A stretch of 64,000 bases of DNA from the NCBI GenBank assembly GCA_964252035.1, contig OZ176209.1; one strand, written 5' to 3'. The DNA is from Podarcis erhardii (Eukaryota). Positions 50,987-63,187 of the stretch are shown here, one piece after another (position 1 is the first letter of the stretch; each line of letters opens with the position of its first letter). Below the pieces are notes generated by a model. That model was not told the origin of the DNA. It made no database searches and saw only the letters and a list, made by a program, of their open reading frames with translations. The position numbers and the translations under genes are program-made.

Positions 50987-53900
50987 ATGGCTGCGGCATG
51001 TTCCACAGGGGGGGATGCGTTGGGACAACCGATCTCAGTGATCTCGGGTAGGAGGAGGAGTTACGCTAAGACCAGACCATGTCATTACAGAGGAGGCAGG
51101 TTTAGTCATTGTCTGAGGACTATCCCTGCCTCCGGGTCTGGTCCTGACCAGATGGATACTAGAATCAGCAAGGGATACCCACATGACCTGAAGGTGCTGC
51201 TGTGCAATGCCAGGTCAATGATTCATAAGACCACTGCCATCCATGACCTGATCATGGATGGAGGATTTGACCAGGCATGTGTAACAGAGACTTGGTTGAA
51301 TGAAGCAGATGGGCCTGTTCTTGCCGCTGCTTGTCCACCAGGTTTCTCTTACGCACAGCAACCCAGGCCTTGTGGGCGGGGAGGGGGGGTTGCAGTGATT
51401 TTTAGGAAGTCATTAGTTTGCACCAGGCGTCCTATTGGGAAGACCCAGTTCTCTGAGTGCATGTTCTGGAAGTTGGGCAATAGGGGCAGTACAGGATTCC
51501 TATTGGTGTACCGACCTCCCCGCTGCACCAAGGATTCCCTGCCCGAGCTGCTTCAGGTCGTGGCGGATGTTCTCCTGGAGACGCCTAGTTTGGTTGTCCT
51601 AGGGGATTTTAATATCCATGCCGACACGACCTTACAAGGGGCCGCTCGGGACTTCGTGGAAAGCATGGCCTCTATGGGGCTGTCCCTGAATAAGTTTGGC
51701 CCAACCCATAGCCGCGGACATGCCTTGGACCTGGTGTTTACCTCTACGGATGTTGGTGACCTGACACTAAAAGTGAAACAAAAGAAGTGCCATGGTCAGA
51801 TCACTTCCTGGTGCAACTGGACTTCTCCGCGACCCTTCCCCTCTGCAGGGAGGTGGGACCGATTCGGATGGTCCGCCCCCACCACTTAATGGATCCAAAT
51901 GGTTTCCAGAGAGTGGTAGGGGATGCTTTATCCCATGTTGATGACCTTTCAGCTGATTCCCTGGTGGCCCGCTGGAATGTGGAGTTAACCAGGGCTATTG
52001 ACTGTTTGGCTCCGAAGCGCCCTCTCCGATCGCATGGAGCCCGGAGAGCCCCGTGGTTTTCCACGGATCTGAGGGCAATGAAACAATCGTTGAGACGGCT
52101 AGAGCGCCGGTGGCGGATAACTCATTCTGAAGCTGATCAGACACAGGTTAGAGCTCAATGTCGAGCCTACCAAGTGGCGGTAGCGACGGCGAAGAAGACT
52201 TTCTTCACCGCCTCTATTGCATCTGCAGAAAACAGCAGCAGGAGACTTTTTCAGGTGGTCCGCAATTTAGCGGAACCACCTGTGACATCGGGGCCCAGTA
52301 AGGGCCACATGATCTCCTGCAATGATTTTGCAAAGTTTTTTGCAGATAAAGTCGCTCAGATTCGGGAAGAGGTAGACGCCACCGTGGGAGCAGGGCCAGG
52401 GCGGGAGAGTGCTAGAGTCCTGTCTAGTCAAATTGCATGGGATCAATTCCAATCTGTTACCTCCGAGGATGTGGACAGGCTGCTTGGACGAGTGAAACCA
52501 ACCACCTGTCTCCTTGATCCTTGCCCATCCTGGCTTATAAAAGCTAGCCGGGTAGGACTGGGCGATGGGCTTCGTGGGGTGGTGAATGCTTCCCTCCATG
52601 AGGGAGCCTTCCCAGACCCGCTGAAAGAGGCGGTTATCAAACCACTTCTTAAAAAACCATCTTTAGATGCGGCCACGATGGCCAACTATCGCCCAGTCTC
52701 AAATCTTCCATTCTTGGGCAAGGTGATTGAGCGAGTGGTTGCTGAACAACTCCAGGCACGCCTGGAAGAAGCGGACCATTTGGATCCCTTCCAGTCGGGA
52801 TTCAGGCCTCATCATGGGACTGAAACTGCCTTGGTCGCACTGGTTGATGATCTCCGGCGGGCTAGGGACAAAGGTGAGAGCTGTTTCCTAGTTCTGCTGG
52901 ATCTCTCAGCGGCGTTTGATACCATCAACCATATCATCCTTCTGGACCGTCTTGAGGGGCTGGGAGCTGGGGGCACTGTCATTCAGTGGTTCCGCTCCTT
53001 CCTCCTGGGCCGTGTTCAGAAAGTGGTAGTGGGGGATGAGTGTTCAGACCCCTGGGCTCTCACTTGTGGGGTGCCTCAGGGTTCTGTCCTCTCCCCCATG
53101 CTTTTCAACATCTACATGCAGCCGCTGGGAGAGATCATCAGGGGGTTTGGGCTGGGTGTTCATCAGTATGCGGATGATACCCAGCTCTACCTCTCTTTCA
53201 AATCAGAACCAGTGAAGGCGGTGACGGTCCTGTGTGAGTGTCTGGAGGCGGTTGGAGGATGGATGGCGGCTAACAGATTGAGATTGAATCCTGACAAGAC
53301 AGAAGTACTGTTTCTGGGGGACAGGAGGCGGGCAGGTGTGGAGGACTCCCTGGTCCTGAATGGGGTACCTGTGCCCCTGAAGGACCAGGTGCGCAGCCTG
53401 GGAGTCATTTTGGACTCACAGCTGTCCATGGAGGCACAGGTTAAATCCGTGTCCAGGGCAGCTGTGTATCAGCTCCATCTGGTACGCAGGCTGAGACCCT
53501 ATCTGCCTGTGGACTGCCTCGCCAGAGTGGTGCATGCTCTGGTTATCTCCCGCTTGGACTACTGCAATGCACTCTATGTGGGGCTACCTTTGAAGGTGAC
53601 CCGGAAACTACAACTAATCCAGAACGCGGCAGCCAGACTGGTGACAGGGAGCGGCTGCCGAGACCATATAACACCGGTCTTGAAAGACCTACATTGGCTC
53701 CCAGTACGTTTCCGAGCACAATTCAAAGTGTTGGTGCTGACCTTTAAAGCCCTAAACGGCCTCGGTCCAGTATACCTGAAGGAGCGTCTCCACCCCCATC
53801 GTTCTACCCGGACACTGAGGTCCAGCACCGAGGGCCTTCTGGCGGTTCCCTCACTGCGAGAAGCCAAGTTACAGGGAACCAGGCAGAGGGCCTTCTCGGT

Positions 53901-54015
53901 AGTGGCGCCCTCCCTGTGGAATGCCCTCCCACCAGATGTCAAAGAGAACAACAACTACCAGACTTTTAGAAGACATCTGAAGGCAGCCCTGTTTAGGAAT
54001 GCTTTTAATGTTTGA
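50987..54015 (+). pseudogene. L2 ORF2: APE endonuclease + reverse transcriptase, one frameshift at ~51767-51770
   Basis: EN motifs CNARS, VTETWL, LGDFNIH, SDH; RT motifs YRPVSNL, QSGFRP, LDLSAAFD, GVPQGSVLSP, YADD. ATG at 50987 in aaaATGg context. ORFs 50933-51889 and 51787-54015 join by a -1 shift (..DLTL / KSETKEVPWSDH..). Confidence 0.93.
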
Positions 54016-54025
54016 TGTATCATAG

Positions 54026-54848
54026 TGTCAGAGCTGCCCGAGGTCCCAGCTCACAAAGGACCAACGCCAGTTCTTGTTATATACAAAAGTCTTTATTGAA
54101 GTTCAGTTTCCATTTCAAAGCCGCGGCGCGCAGCTCTACGTCTTGAACTCTAGACCGCTGAAGCCCGTCTGAATCTCCTCCCCCCAGACACCAGTTCAAG
54201 ACTCTAGCCTTGCTCCACCTCTTCCTCTGCTCTTTCCTCCTCTGGGTCCGCTTGTCCGCTGGGGTCTTGCCCTTTCTGGACTCTTCTGACGCTGAGTCCC
54301 CTGATTCTTCCCCCTGCCTCCGTCGGGCTTTAGGACCTGGTTCCCAATCCGGGCTTTCTGCTGTCCCGCGCGCCTGTACATTTGAACTTGGCGCGCGCGC
54401 CCAGCCGGCAACCTTTCTCCTGACCGTTACACTGCTCCTGTCACTGCTTCCCCCTTCGGGAGTGCTAGCTGGACTTGACTTCCCCTCCGTTCCCTCACTC
54501 TGCGATAGAGGCGTGGCCAGCCCTGACTCATCCTCTCTCCCTACTGGAGGAGACGCTGGCCCTGACACATGGGACTCTTCCCCCCCACTCCGCTCTGGTG
54601 GGGGAACTGGTCCTGATCTCCCGCTGCTGCTTTGGGAGTCCCCGCTGGCCCCTTGCTTCTGGTGTGTCCCCCCTGGGACCCCCCTTGCCCTGGCCATCGG
54701 CGCCCCCCTCTGGGAATCTTCTGAATCACTGGAGAAGCTCATGGAATCTCTCGGGCCACTGTCATACTCCCCTACGCTGCCCTCAGATTCCTCCCCTTCG
54801 CTCTCCGTTTCCTCTCTCCCCTGTGTCTCTGCTCCTGAGCCCCTGACA
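54026..54848 (-). mobile_element. Solo LTR 'B' (823 bp), probably Ty3/Gypsy
   Basis: tgtcag...ctgaca termini; 5-bp TSD catag at 54021-54025 and 54849-54853; minus-strand AATAAA at 54092-54097 near the 3' end. Excision restores the L2 3' UTR seen at 7530-7620. Confidence 0.92.
54077..54847 (-). CDS. Putative LTR-encoded ORF (256 codons open from LTR nt 2; first ATG at 54742 gives 221 aa)
   Basis: Acidic S/E/G-rich region, then basic TPADKRTQRRKEQRKRWSKARVLNWC. I translated 54847-54743 by hand and found no stop. Confidence 0.5.
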   Translation of the reverse strand, partial: VRGSGAETQGREETESEGEESEGSVGEYDSGPRDSMSFSSDSEDSQRGAPMARARGVPGGTHQKQGASGDSQSSSGRSGPVPPPERSGGEESHVSGPASPPVGREDESGLATPLSQSEGTEGKSSPASTPEGGSSDRSSVTVRRKVAGWARAPSSNVQARGTAESPDWEPGPKARRRQGEESGDSASEESRKGKTPADKRTQRRKEQRKRWSKARVLNWCLGGGDSDGLQRSRVQDVELRAAALKWKLNFNKDFCI

Positions 54849-55564
54849 CATAGTATTTTAATATTCTTTTGGAAGCTGCCCAGAGTGGCTGGGGAGGCCC
54901 AGCCAGATGGGCGGGGTATAAATAATAAATTATTATTATTATTATTAATGCAAAATCAGAATAAATCATCAGCAGAGGATGACAACAGTTTTAAAAAAAT
55001 GCATTTCTAAATAGCTGGGGAGCATTACTAGAGATAATTCTAAAATCACTAGAACTGAGGGTTGTCCAATGAAGCTGAATGGTGGGAGATTCAGAACTAG
55101 GGATGGGGGTACCTGTCCATTTTGGTTTCTCTCCATTTCTCATTTTTACCAATGTTAAGTTCAGTTCTCCACTTGTCCACATTAGATTGTGATTTATTTA
55201 TTTTTTTAAAAAAGTTACGATGAAAATCCATTAGTATTTCAATGCAAATTTATGCACTTTTTAAAAATGCAATTTTACATAATATCATGAATTATTGCAT
55301 GTTATTTAACCCAGTATTTGCACTTTTGTATACAAGACATGGCTAGGAAACTGCACTGCAATATTAGGAGAAGTGCAATTTTTGAAAGACGGCTGTGTTT
55401 TGGTCCATGTATTGTTTCAGATGGTGCGAATTGAGTGGCCTTGCTTTTCAAAGCAAAATGAATTGGATTTCTCCTCACCCCTATTCAGGACAGGCAAAGA
55501 AAAAGCAGTTCTTCACAAAAAGCATAGTCAAAACTGTGAAATTCGCTACCAATGATACAGTGAT

Positions 55565-55828
55565 AGGCACGACCTTGGATGGCCTTAAAAGGAGATCAGG
55601 CAAATTCATGGAGGATAAAGTTATAAATGACTACCAGGCCGGATGGTTATCTCCAAGAGCAAAAGCTGTCTGCCTCTGAATACCAGTTGCTGGGGAAGAG
55701 CAACAGGAGAGTCATTGCATCCTGCCTGGAGGCTTCCCATGAGTATTTGTTTGGCTGCTGTGAGAAACGGGGTATTGGATCAGGCAGGCTTTGGGTGTGA
55801 TCCAGGAAGATACTACTTGTGTTCTTAA
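55565..55828 (+). mobile_element. CR1-type 3' fragment
   Basis: ggatggccttaaaaggagatcaggcaaattcatggaggataaag...ggatcaggcaggctttgggtgtgatccagg...ttctta. Confidence 0.65.
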
Positions 55829-57935
55829 TTAATGTTCCTTGTTTGCAGTGTAGTTCCTGGGAATGAAGAGGAATACCTGTCATGAGACTGATGTTTCCAC
55901 TGGAAATAGTAGAGAGAAGCCAAGCAAAACCTACATTACTAGGTACAATTTTTCGCCACACATTTGATACTATAACATCTTTCAAATCATGCATGTCCCC
56001 AGAGTGCTACAGGGAGTTGGACATGTTCTGATCCCCCTGTTTTTTATACAAAGCTAGCCTTTTTCAGTAATTAATGCAAAAGATTATGCAGACACTTGAA
56101 AAAATCTGCTATTGTTACAGGGATTGTATAGAGGAGTCTGTGGCTAAGTTGTAATAACAGAACATTTAAATTAGCAGCATGGTGACAGCAGTGGGGGTGG
56201 GGGAAATTAAGACCAAGTCGAAACATAGCGGAGCCTGAGAGGCATTTTTCTCCCCAATTTTTGCAATTTTGAGGCAGTCTGGAATGATGTATGCCTACTA
56301 CTAGGGATGGGGAACAAATTTGTTTGGTCTGCTTTTCACAGCAGAACATCACAACCTGATGGTCTCAAACTTGCTTGCAGATTAGAATTCAGCTCCTTGT
56401 CATATTATATACTTCTCTGGATTGTAAATGCATTTTTGGTGCACAAAACAAGTATTTTATGTAAAAGGTGCATGCAAAATGCATATTTGGCTGGTGATCG
56501 CATTGAAAAGTGTGTATATCTTCACACATACAAAGACACCTATAGACATACATATATAAATGTAAGGCTGCCATCGTGCTGTAGGTTGCGTCGTCACTAA
56601 CAAGCACCCATGCCAAGTCTAACATGATGAACAACAGGCAGCCAGCCTAGACAAGCTATTTAGCAGAGGTACTTCACAGAACAACTTAGAGAAAATGTAG
56701 TGAATGCATACATATCGCTGGATCCATTTTTCTCTTCCTTGCTTTTTATATTCTTCCTGATTATTATAATTTCTTTTCACATTCAGAAAATGTCACCTGT
56801 CCACATTTGAAAGGTAAACATCTTAGCCTGCATTTACAGCTTGAGATATAGCAGCATCCTGTCTTTGAAAAGCTTTTTGAATGGTTTGATATTTTTGATT
56901 TTTTAAGAAAAAGAGAGTGGGAGGAACATAATTTGCATTTTGCTCACTACAGTGTCCAGAATGTTCAGGGTGACGGGGGAGATAAAAGCTCGAAATGAAT
57001 ATAAAATGACAAGCAGTGAAATCAACTTTTTAATTACAACTGGTATTCTTGGCCATGGCAGTAGCCATCTTGTGGCGACATGATTTGCCATCTTGGCACT
57101 GCTGGAGCCCTACATCACAGACTGCAGGCGGGTTTCCGTGCTGCACTGAGTGTCAGCTTGCCAGCTGAATAGTAAGAAACCCAAATGCCAGGAAAGCATG
57201 GCTTGTGCGGTTACTGTAAACATCACTTAAATTGCATCATGAACAGAAAGATGCAGAGAGCCGTTTGTAGACACTGTGTATGAAGAGAGTTCTGTGTACC
57301 CAAGTGTTTACAGCTAGAGGCCAAAAAATTATCTAATAGCCCATTGATCAAAATATTCATATTCATATCATTACAGTGGCCTAGAATGACATGAGCTCTA
57401 CACTGTGACTAATGGATGATCAAGGGAAGTTCCCTCTGGGTGTGCTGCTCAAATGACCCAAGCATAGGGAGCTGCCTTCGACTAAGTTATTGGTCCATCT
57501 AGTTCAGTATATTTTGTTCTGATGGGCAGCGACTCTCCATGATTTGAAATCCCTTCATGCCCATGGCTTAATTGTTTGAAACCATTCCCATCCTCATAGC
57601 TATTGTGCATGAAGGAACCTAAATCTGAAGATACAGATTTGCAGCAATCATGTTTAGTTCTGACCTAAGAAAGTCCGGTAGCATTTTTGAAACCTTTCCT
57701 AGATTTCCCAATGCAATGGCCTGTTTCATACATAATTGATCATGACATGCAGGAGGAAAAGCAGTGAATCTTGGGCTCACATTCTGCCTTCTTCTCCTCT
57801 GACAAGAGGTAGAGACTGGAGGTGTGTGCTTCCACTTTTACATATACTGGAATTCAGAGTTTGGGTTATCTTAAATCAGCCTTCCCTAACCTGGTTGCCA
57901 TCATTTCTGAAGGGAATTCATTTGTTAGGGGTTTA

Positions 57936-58066
57936 GGAAGCTGCCTTATAATACTGAGTCAGACCAAACTCAGTACTGTCTACATTGCAACCTTACCTGG
58001 AGATACCAGGAACTGAACTCAGAACCTTCTGCATGGAAAAAGGATGCTCTACAACTGAGCCACAGT
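57936..58066 (-). mobile_element. Degenerate tRNA-derived SINE (family of 33321-33670)
   Basis: Reverse-complement similarity to the head and tail of that family. Confidence 0.55.
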
Positions 58067-60157
58067 GCTTCTTCAGATTCCATAGCTGAGCCGGTGCCAG
58101 AAAGTGTGAAAGACCGCAGGCGGTCTTTTTAGTGCTTTCCTTATCTAGTTTTGTGTGTATTTTTATTTATTTCTTATCTTTGTTTATCCTTTTTACTTTA
58201 TAAAACTTAGGAGGGGGGAGACTAGGGGAAAAGCTGCCCCTGTGCTCCATTAAACTGGAAGTTAAAGGACTCAGGAGGCAAATTAGCAATAACGCATTAA
58301 AAGAGAAATGATGATAACATCTAGTTAAGGCTGCAAAATTGCTCCTTTGGCTCAGTTAGTAAGAGGCTGGATGGGGGAGTTCATGAGTTTGTAAAGGATT
58401 TGTATTTAACGTAAGAGCAAGCACTAGCCGCGGCATAAATAACTACAGAGAAAATGTGCATACCTGTAAATAAGATGTGGAATCTATTCTATATGTTAAC
58501 CTGGAGTGGCATGCTGATTGCTTGTGGTTACATGTCATGTTATCAATCATGTCAGCTGCTTACCATGGGAAGGCTTACTACACGGCAAAGGCTCCAGAAT
58601 TCACTGCACAATGGAAAGCAACCATATTATATATATGCCAATCTAGATGACCAACCAACTCATGCATTGTGTATGCTAATGGACTGTTAGTGCTTTTTTA
58701 CCTGATTGGGCTCCTGTAGTTCTCTTCCAGTTCTAGCAGCTGGATGGAGCATTTCCTTCAGTCTAGTTGCATTGCAATATGTGTTTAAAGACCTAGCTAT
58801 GTACTGTTTTTCTCCTTCAGCCACAGCACAACACCATGTGTGTTGCTGACTTGCCATGTAATAAGCCGGTCATCTCTATTCCCTGCATGTGTTTGGCAAA
58901 AGTATATATTATCTGGAGTGGCATGGGAGCAACCACGGAAGCGGCAGCAGGACAAGTGGAAGTGTGGATGAGTCTTTTCTGGTATGAAGCGGCATGGAAC
59001 TATATGAAATAAATGAGTAAATATTATGTGAGCAGAAAGGACAAACTAATAAATGTCACATGGAGCAGTTGCAGGGCAGTAAAGTATATGTAGCAAACAC
59101 ACACGAACATTTATATCATTCAGGAGTAATTGGCCATGTGTGGGTAGATGTGTGTGAGGTCTGGTTTCCACTGTGCATGATGCTGAATGGGGTGCAAAAA
59201 CAGACAGCATTTATCAAACTCCAAAAGAACTCTTAAAAGAAGAGCAAGAAATCCACTGCAGTAATAAAGCAGTACAATAAAACATACCAGCAGCAGCAAA
59301 TAAAATCCACATGATCTAGGGTCTCTAATTATGCCCACAGAAATAAGCTGAAGCTAATGTCATGAGAAATCTCATGGGCAATGAACAGTATTGCAGCTGT
59401 TAATATTGCTGTATTAATTCACAGTCATGTAGGTTTCCCCAAGGCTTACTTTTGATGCCCATGCATGTCTACTCAGAAATAAGCCCCATTTTGTTCAGTG
59501 GGGCTTACTCCTAGCTTAGTGGATATAGGATTGCACCCTGGATCCTATCATGTGAGGGACCGTGCCTCAGATGATGTGCAGGAGCAGGGCTTCTGTGACA
59601 AGGTTGTGATTTACCCAAAGATGTGCTTCAGCACCTCCTGGGTGAATTATGAAACTCTGTCACTAATTCCCTTACCAACAGACTGCTCCTTTCTAGAATG
59701 AGCAAGGCCTACTAGTGCCATCAGTAGGACAGACAAGGGCAAAAGTGGGTGCTGTAACTGATATGATTCTTGTACATTAATCTACATTCCAGTCATGCAA
59801 AAGTCAAAGGTTCATACTAGGGTTGTGCATGGCCCCACTCACCCCCTGATCTGCACTGTGCCCCCCCCCCAGGTCAGGGCATTTCACACTGTTCCACCCT
59901 GGGATCTGTCCCTGAAACAATTCAGAGGGCAAGTCTTTTCTTTCTTTCTTGAGGATTCTAAAATCATTTTAAAAGGTCAGGGGGAAGCATGGTGCTGGCC
60001 AGTGGTCTTTCACAAGTGCTAGTGCTCTTTCAGGGCCAGTTGGGGTGTTGTCTGGGGAGATGGGGCATGACCTGGGAAAGTCCTGAGGGCAGGATAAGAG
60101 AGGCTTAGATGGTCACAATTGGTGTCAGGCCTGTAGGTTACCCCACCCTTGACCTTA

Positions 60158-60402
60158 GAGGGCTACAGTGTGGTGTAGTGGTTAAGAGTGGTAGACTCAT
60201 AATCTGGTGAACCGGGTTCGTGTCTCCGCTTCTCCACATGCAGCTGCTGGGTGACCTTGGGCTAGTCACACTTCTTTGAAGTCTCTCAGCCCCACTCACC
60301 TCACAGAGTGTTTGTTGTAGGGGAGGAAGGGAAGGAGAATGTTAGCCACTTTGAGACTCCTTCGGGTAGTGATAAAGCAGGATATCAAATCCAAACTCTT
60401 CT
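60158..60402 (+). mobile_element. Squam3-like SINE, full length
   Basis: cagtgtggtgtagtggttaagagtggtagactc...gatatcaaatccaaactcttct. Confidence 0.88.
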
Positions 60403-60919
60403 ACAATCAGCTCCCAGTCCTGATGTTCCTCAACCCCGATCCCTGGTATACAGCAAAGCTTGGGGAAATGTGAGCGGATTGTTTTGAATGAAAATAGGAA
60501 GCTTTGTCATATCTCCTGAGACTATTTGTCCATTTAATTCAACATCATCTTCTCTGACTGGAAGTAACTTTTCAAGGTTGAAATTAGAGTTCCTGCCCAT
60601 CACTGGGAGCTACTGGGAGCTTCTGCTTGTAAGGCATGTGCACTGGACCTAAGCTACTGCATGCACATCTGTTTCACCGTGTCCATGTATGGTGGAAAGT
60701 CCTGATTTGCCACAAATTCCAAGCATATATACAACATTTCTGGAGTCATCACCCACCAGTACCACATTTCAATCACCCACATCTACTCCTGGTTCTTTCC
60801 ACCAACCTAGGTCTGAATTCTTGATCCATACACCAACACCAAATCTCTTGGGCAGGTGCAAGGCAGGTCTCCACAGAACCTTGCATGGAACCACTGCTTG
60901 TCTATTCCCTTCCTTCACT

Positions 60920-61376
60920 CAGGGCTGGATTAAGACCTTTAGAGGCCCTAACCACTTAAAAGATTTTGGTTCCACCATTTTTAACCCACCAGGCAACACT
61001 GTACTGAGTGCCCCTGTACTCACTCTCAGTGGATCACTGAGCAGGACAGCCAATATGACCAAGAGAAGAGTGATCACATGAGCGCCTGTGGACCAAGTGG
61101 TAGCTTACCAGTTAGCAGATTCTAATTTTGGTGTATTCCCAAGATTAATGGATATCATTAATCTCTATTAGTAATATTTTATTATTACTATTATATTACT
61201 TGCTTTGTCTCTCTCTGTGTGTGTTTCATTTATTGTGGGAATCTTTTTTGTGTAACCTGGGTCAGCTGCATCATATGGTCCGTGGTAAATATGGCAATGG
61301 AAAATTTCTGTGGTGCTCTGCTTCCCTCAATGCTTTAAGCATGTGCTTATTTTCTTTAATGGTTAATCCAGCCCTG
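60920..61376. mobile_element. hAT-like non-autonomous element
   Basis: Perfect 14-bp TIR cagggctggattaa / ttaatccagccctg; TSD not clean. Confidence 0.7.
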
Positions 61377-62701
61377 CCCACTCCCCTTCTCTCTCTGTGA
61401 CCGACTCACTCACACATGCCTGCCCAACTCAACGAATTGCAGAAGTCCTGCTTTTGGTGTATTTTTAACATTAGAGGGGAAGGGTGAGATGCTAGCTAAG
61501 TCTACTGAACTACTACCATTAAGCAGAACACTCCCCCGCCCCCCACCAAAAAAGGGTTTACCTGTCCTCTGGAATTTTGCTCCATATAAAATTTGCTCAC
61601 CATCATCAAAATGAAATTAGTTGATTGCATTTCCCCCTTGCCCTGGGCCTGCATAATTTCTAATGCATATCTCAACTATAATTTCCATTCTGAGGCCAAT
61701 AAGGCAATTGGTAATATGTAAATAGTGTGCTACAAACCAAACCATTTTGCTTAGCAATAACAGCTCTGGAATGTGTTCATGATAAATCTGCCCTTTGCAA
61801 TATAGCTTTCAAATCCATCATAAATTTTCTTCTAACAATCTGTTTTGGATTAGTTAACAAGCAATACAACTGCCACTCTCTCCAGCTTTACTGAAATAAT
61901 TCCCTTAAAATGGGACATGGAATAGGAAATCATTTTGGATCAAACTGTACTTCCTTGATTCCTTCTCCTTAGATACCCATTTGTTGTCCTACCAAATCAC
62001 TGCTGCTTACTTTCAGTATGCAGTCCTCCTGACTCTACTGCTTAGAAGCACAACATTCATCAACTTTTCCACACTCAAATTACTGTAGGTTCCCAGGCAC
62101 CAACCTCTGTTACTACCCCCAAATGTTTAGATTGTAGGGTTTGCCTGAGGGGCCAAATACATAGGTTGCATTTGGCCTTCTGGTCCTCCATTCTCCACCC
62201 ATAGTCTATTAACTTGGTGTTTTAGCAGGTGGCATCATTACTCTTGCTTTGAAAGGCACCCCAGAATTGCACACAACCCTTCTCCCCCCTCTCAACCATG
62301 CCATTGTGTTTCAGAAAAAATTGGGAAATAGCTTGGCTCATTGTCAAACCAAATTCAATTGTGCCACCACAATCAATGAGACTTGTGAGTTGCTATCTCA
62401 CTGCTTCCCTATGATATGTGCCAGCAGCACGTATCACAGGGAAGCACAATTTTTATTATTTGTGACCAATAAAAATCCAGCTCGATGCCTCTGAATCCCA
62501 TCAGGCGGCTTCCCTCTGTTGCAAGGAGTGGACCATATAAAGAAAACTGGCTCTGCCTTCTTGTCTAGCCACTGGGGAATGTCAGCCCATGAGATGCCGT
62601 TTCACACCAGAGAGAGGAGACCACCAGCTCCATCTCACACCCATGGGGAATTCCTCCCTCTCTGTCTCCTGTTATGTCTCCGTGTCGTGTAATGACTTTT
62701 G

Positions 62702-63022
62702 ATAATAATAATAATTTATACCCCACCCATCTGGCTGGGTTCCCCAGCCACTCTGGGTGGCTCCCAACAGAATATTAAAAACATGATAAAACATCAAACA
62801 TTAAAAACTTCCCTAAACCCGGCTGCCTCTAGATATCTTCTAAAAGTCAGTTTATTTCCTTGACATCTGATGGGAGGGTGTTCCACAGGGCGGGCGCCAC
62901 TACCGAGAAGGCCCTCTGCCTGGTTCCCTGCAACCTCACTTCTCTCAGTGAGGGAACCATCAGAAGGCCCTCGGAGCTGGACCTCAGTGTCCGGGCTGAG
63001 CAATGGGGGTAGAGATGCTCCA
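62702..63022 (-). mobile_element. L2 LINE 3' fragment
   Basis: ORF 62847-63155 contains RTLRSSSEGLLMVPSLREVRLQGTRQRAFSVVAPALWN, matching the ORF2 C-terminus; 3' UTR and (TTA)n tail. Confidence 0.92.
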
Positions 63023-63026
63023 CAGC

Positions 63027-63187
63027 TGGAGGCAGCAATGCTGGTGGAAGCCACAGGAGGGGGAGAGTTCTCTTGTGCTTGAATCCTGCTTGCATGTTTC
63101 CCATAGGCATCTGGTTAGCCACTCTGAGAGCAGGATGCTGGTTGAGATGGACCATTGGCCTGATCCAGCACGGCTCTTCTTATGTTC
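63027..63187 (+). mobile_element. CR1-type 3' tail fragment
   Basis: Ends gatggaccattggcctgatccagcacggctcttcttatgttc. Confidence 0.65.

Larger units (their letters stand above)
50385..54946 (+). mobile_element. Apparently full-length L2-clade LINE, 3' UTR interrupted by a solo LTR
   Basis: 5' tandem monomers, a T-rich spacer, EN+RT ORF2, 3' stem-loop and (ATT)n tail. Candidate 5-bp TSD aatgc at 50380-50384 and 54947-54951. Confidence 0.9.

Noticed and set aside
51760-51790. Programmed -1 frameshift between EN and RT
   Set aside because: There is no X XXY YYZ slippery heptamer, and L2 ORF2 is normally a single frame; it is treated as a deletion or sequencing error.
54210-55010. 266-aa plus-strand ORF over LTR B
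   Set aside because: It is the antisense mirror of a GC-rich purine-skewed sequence, runs across the LTR boundary into the L2 tail, and has no counterpart motif in LTR A. It does show that open frames arise easily here.
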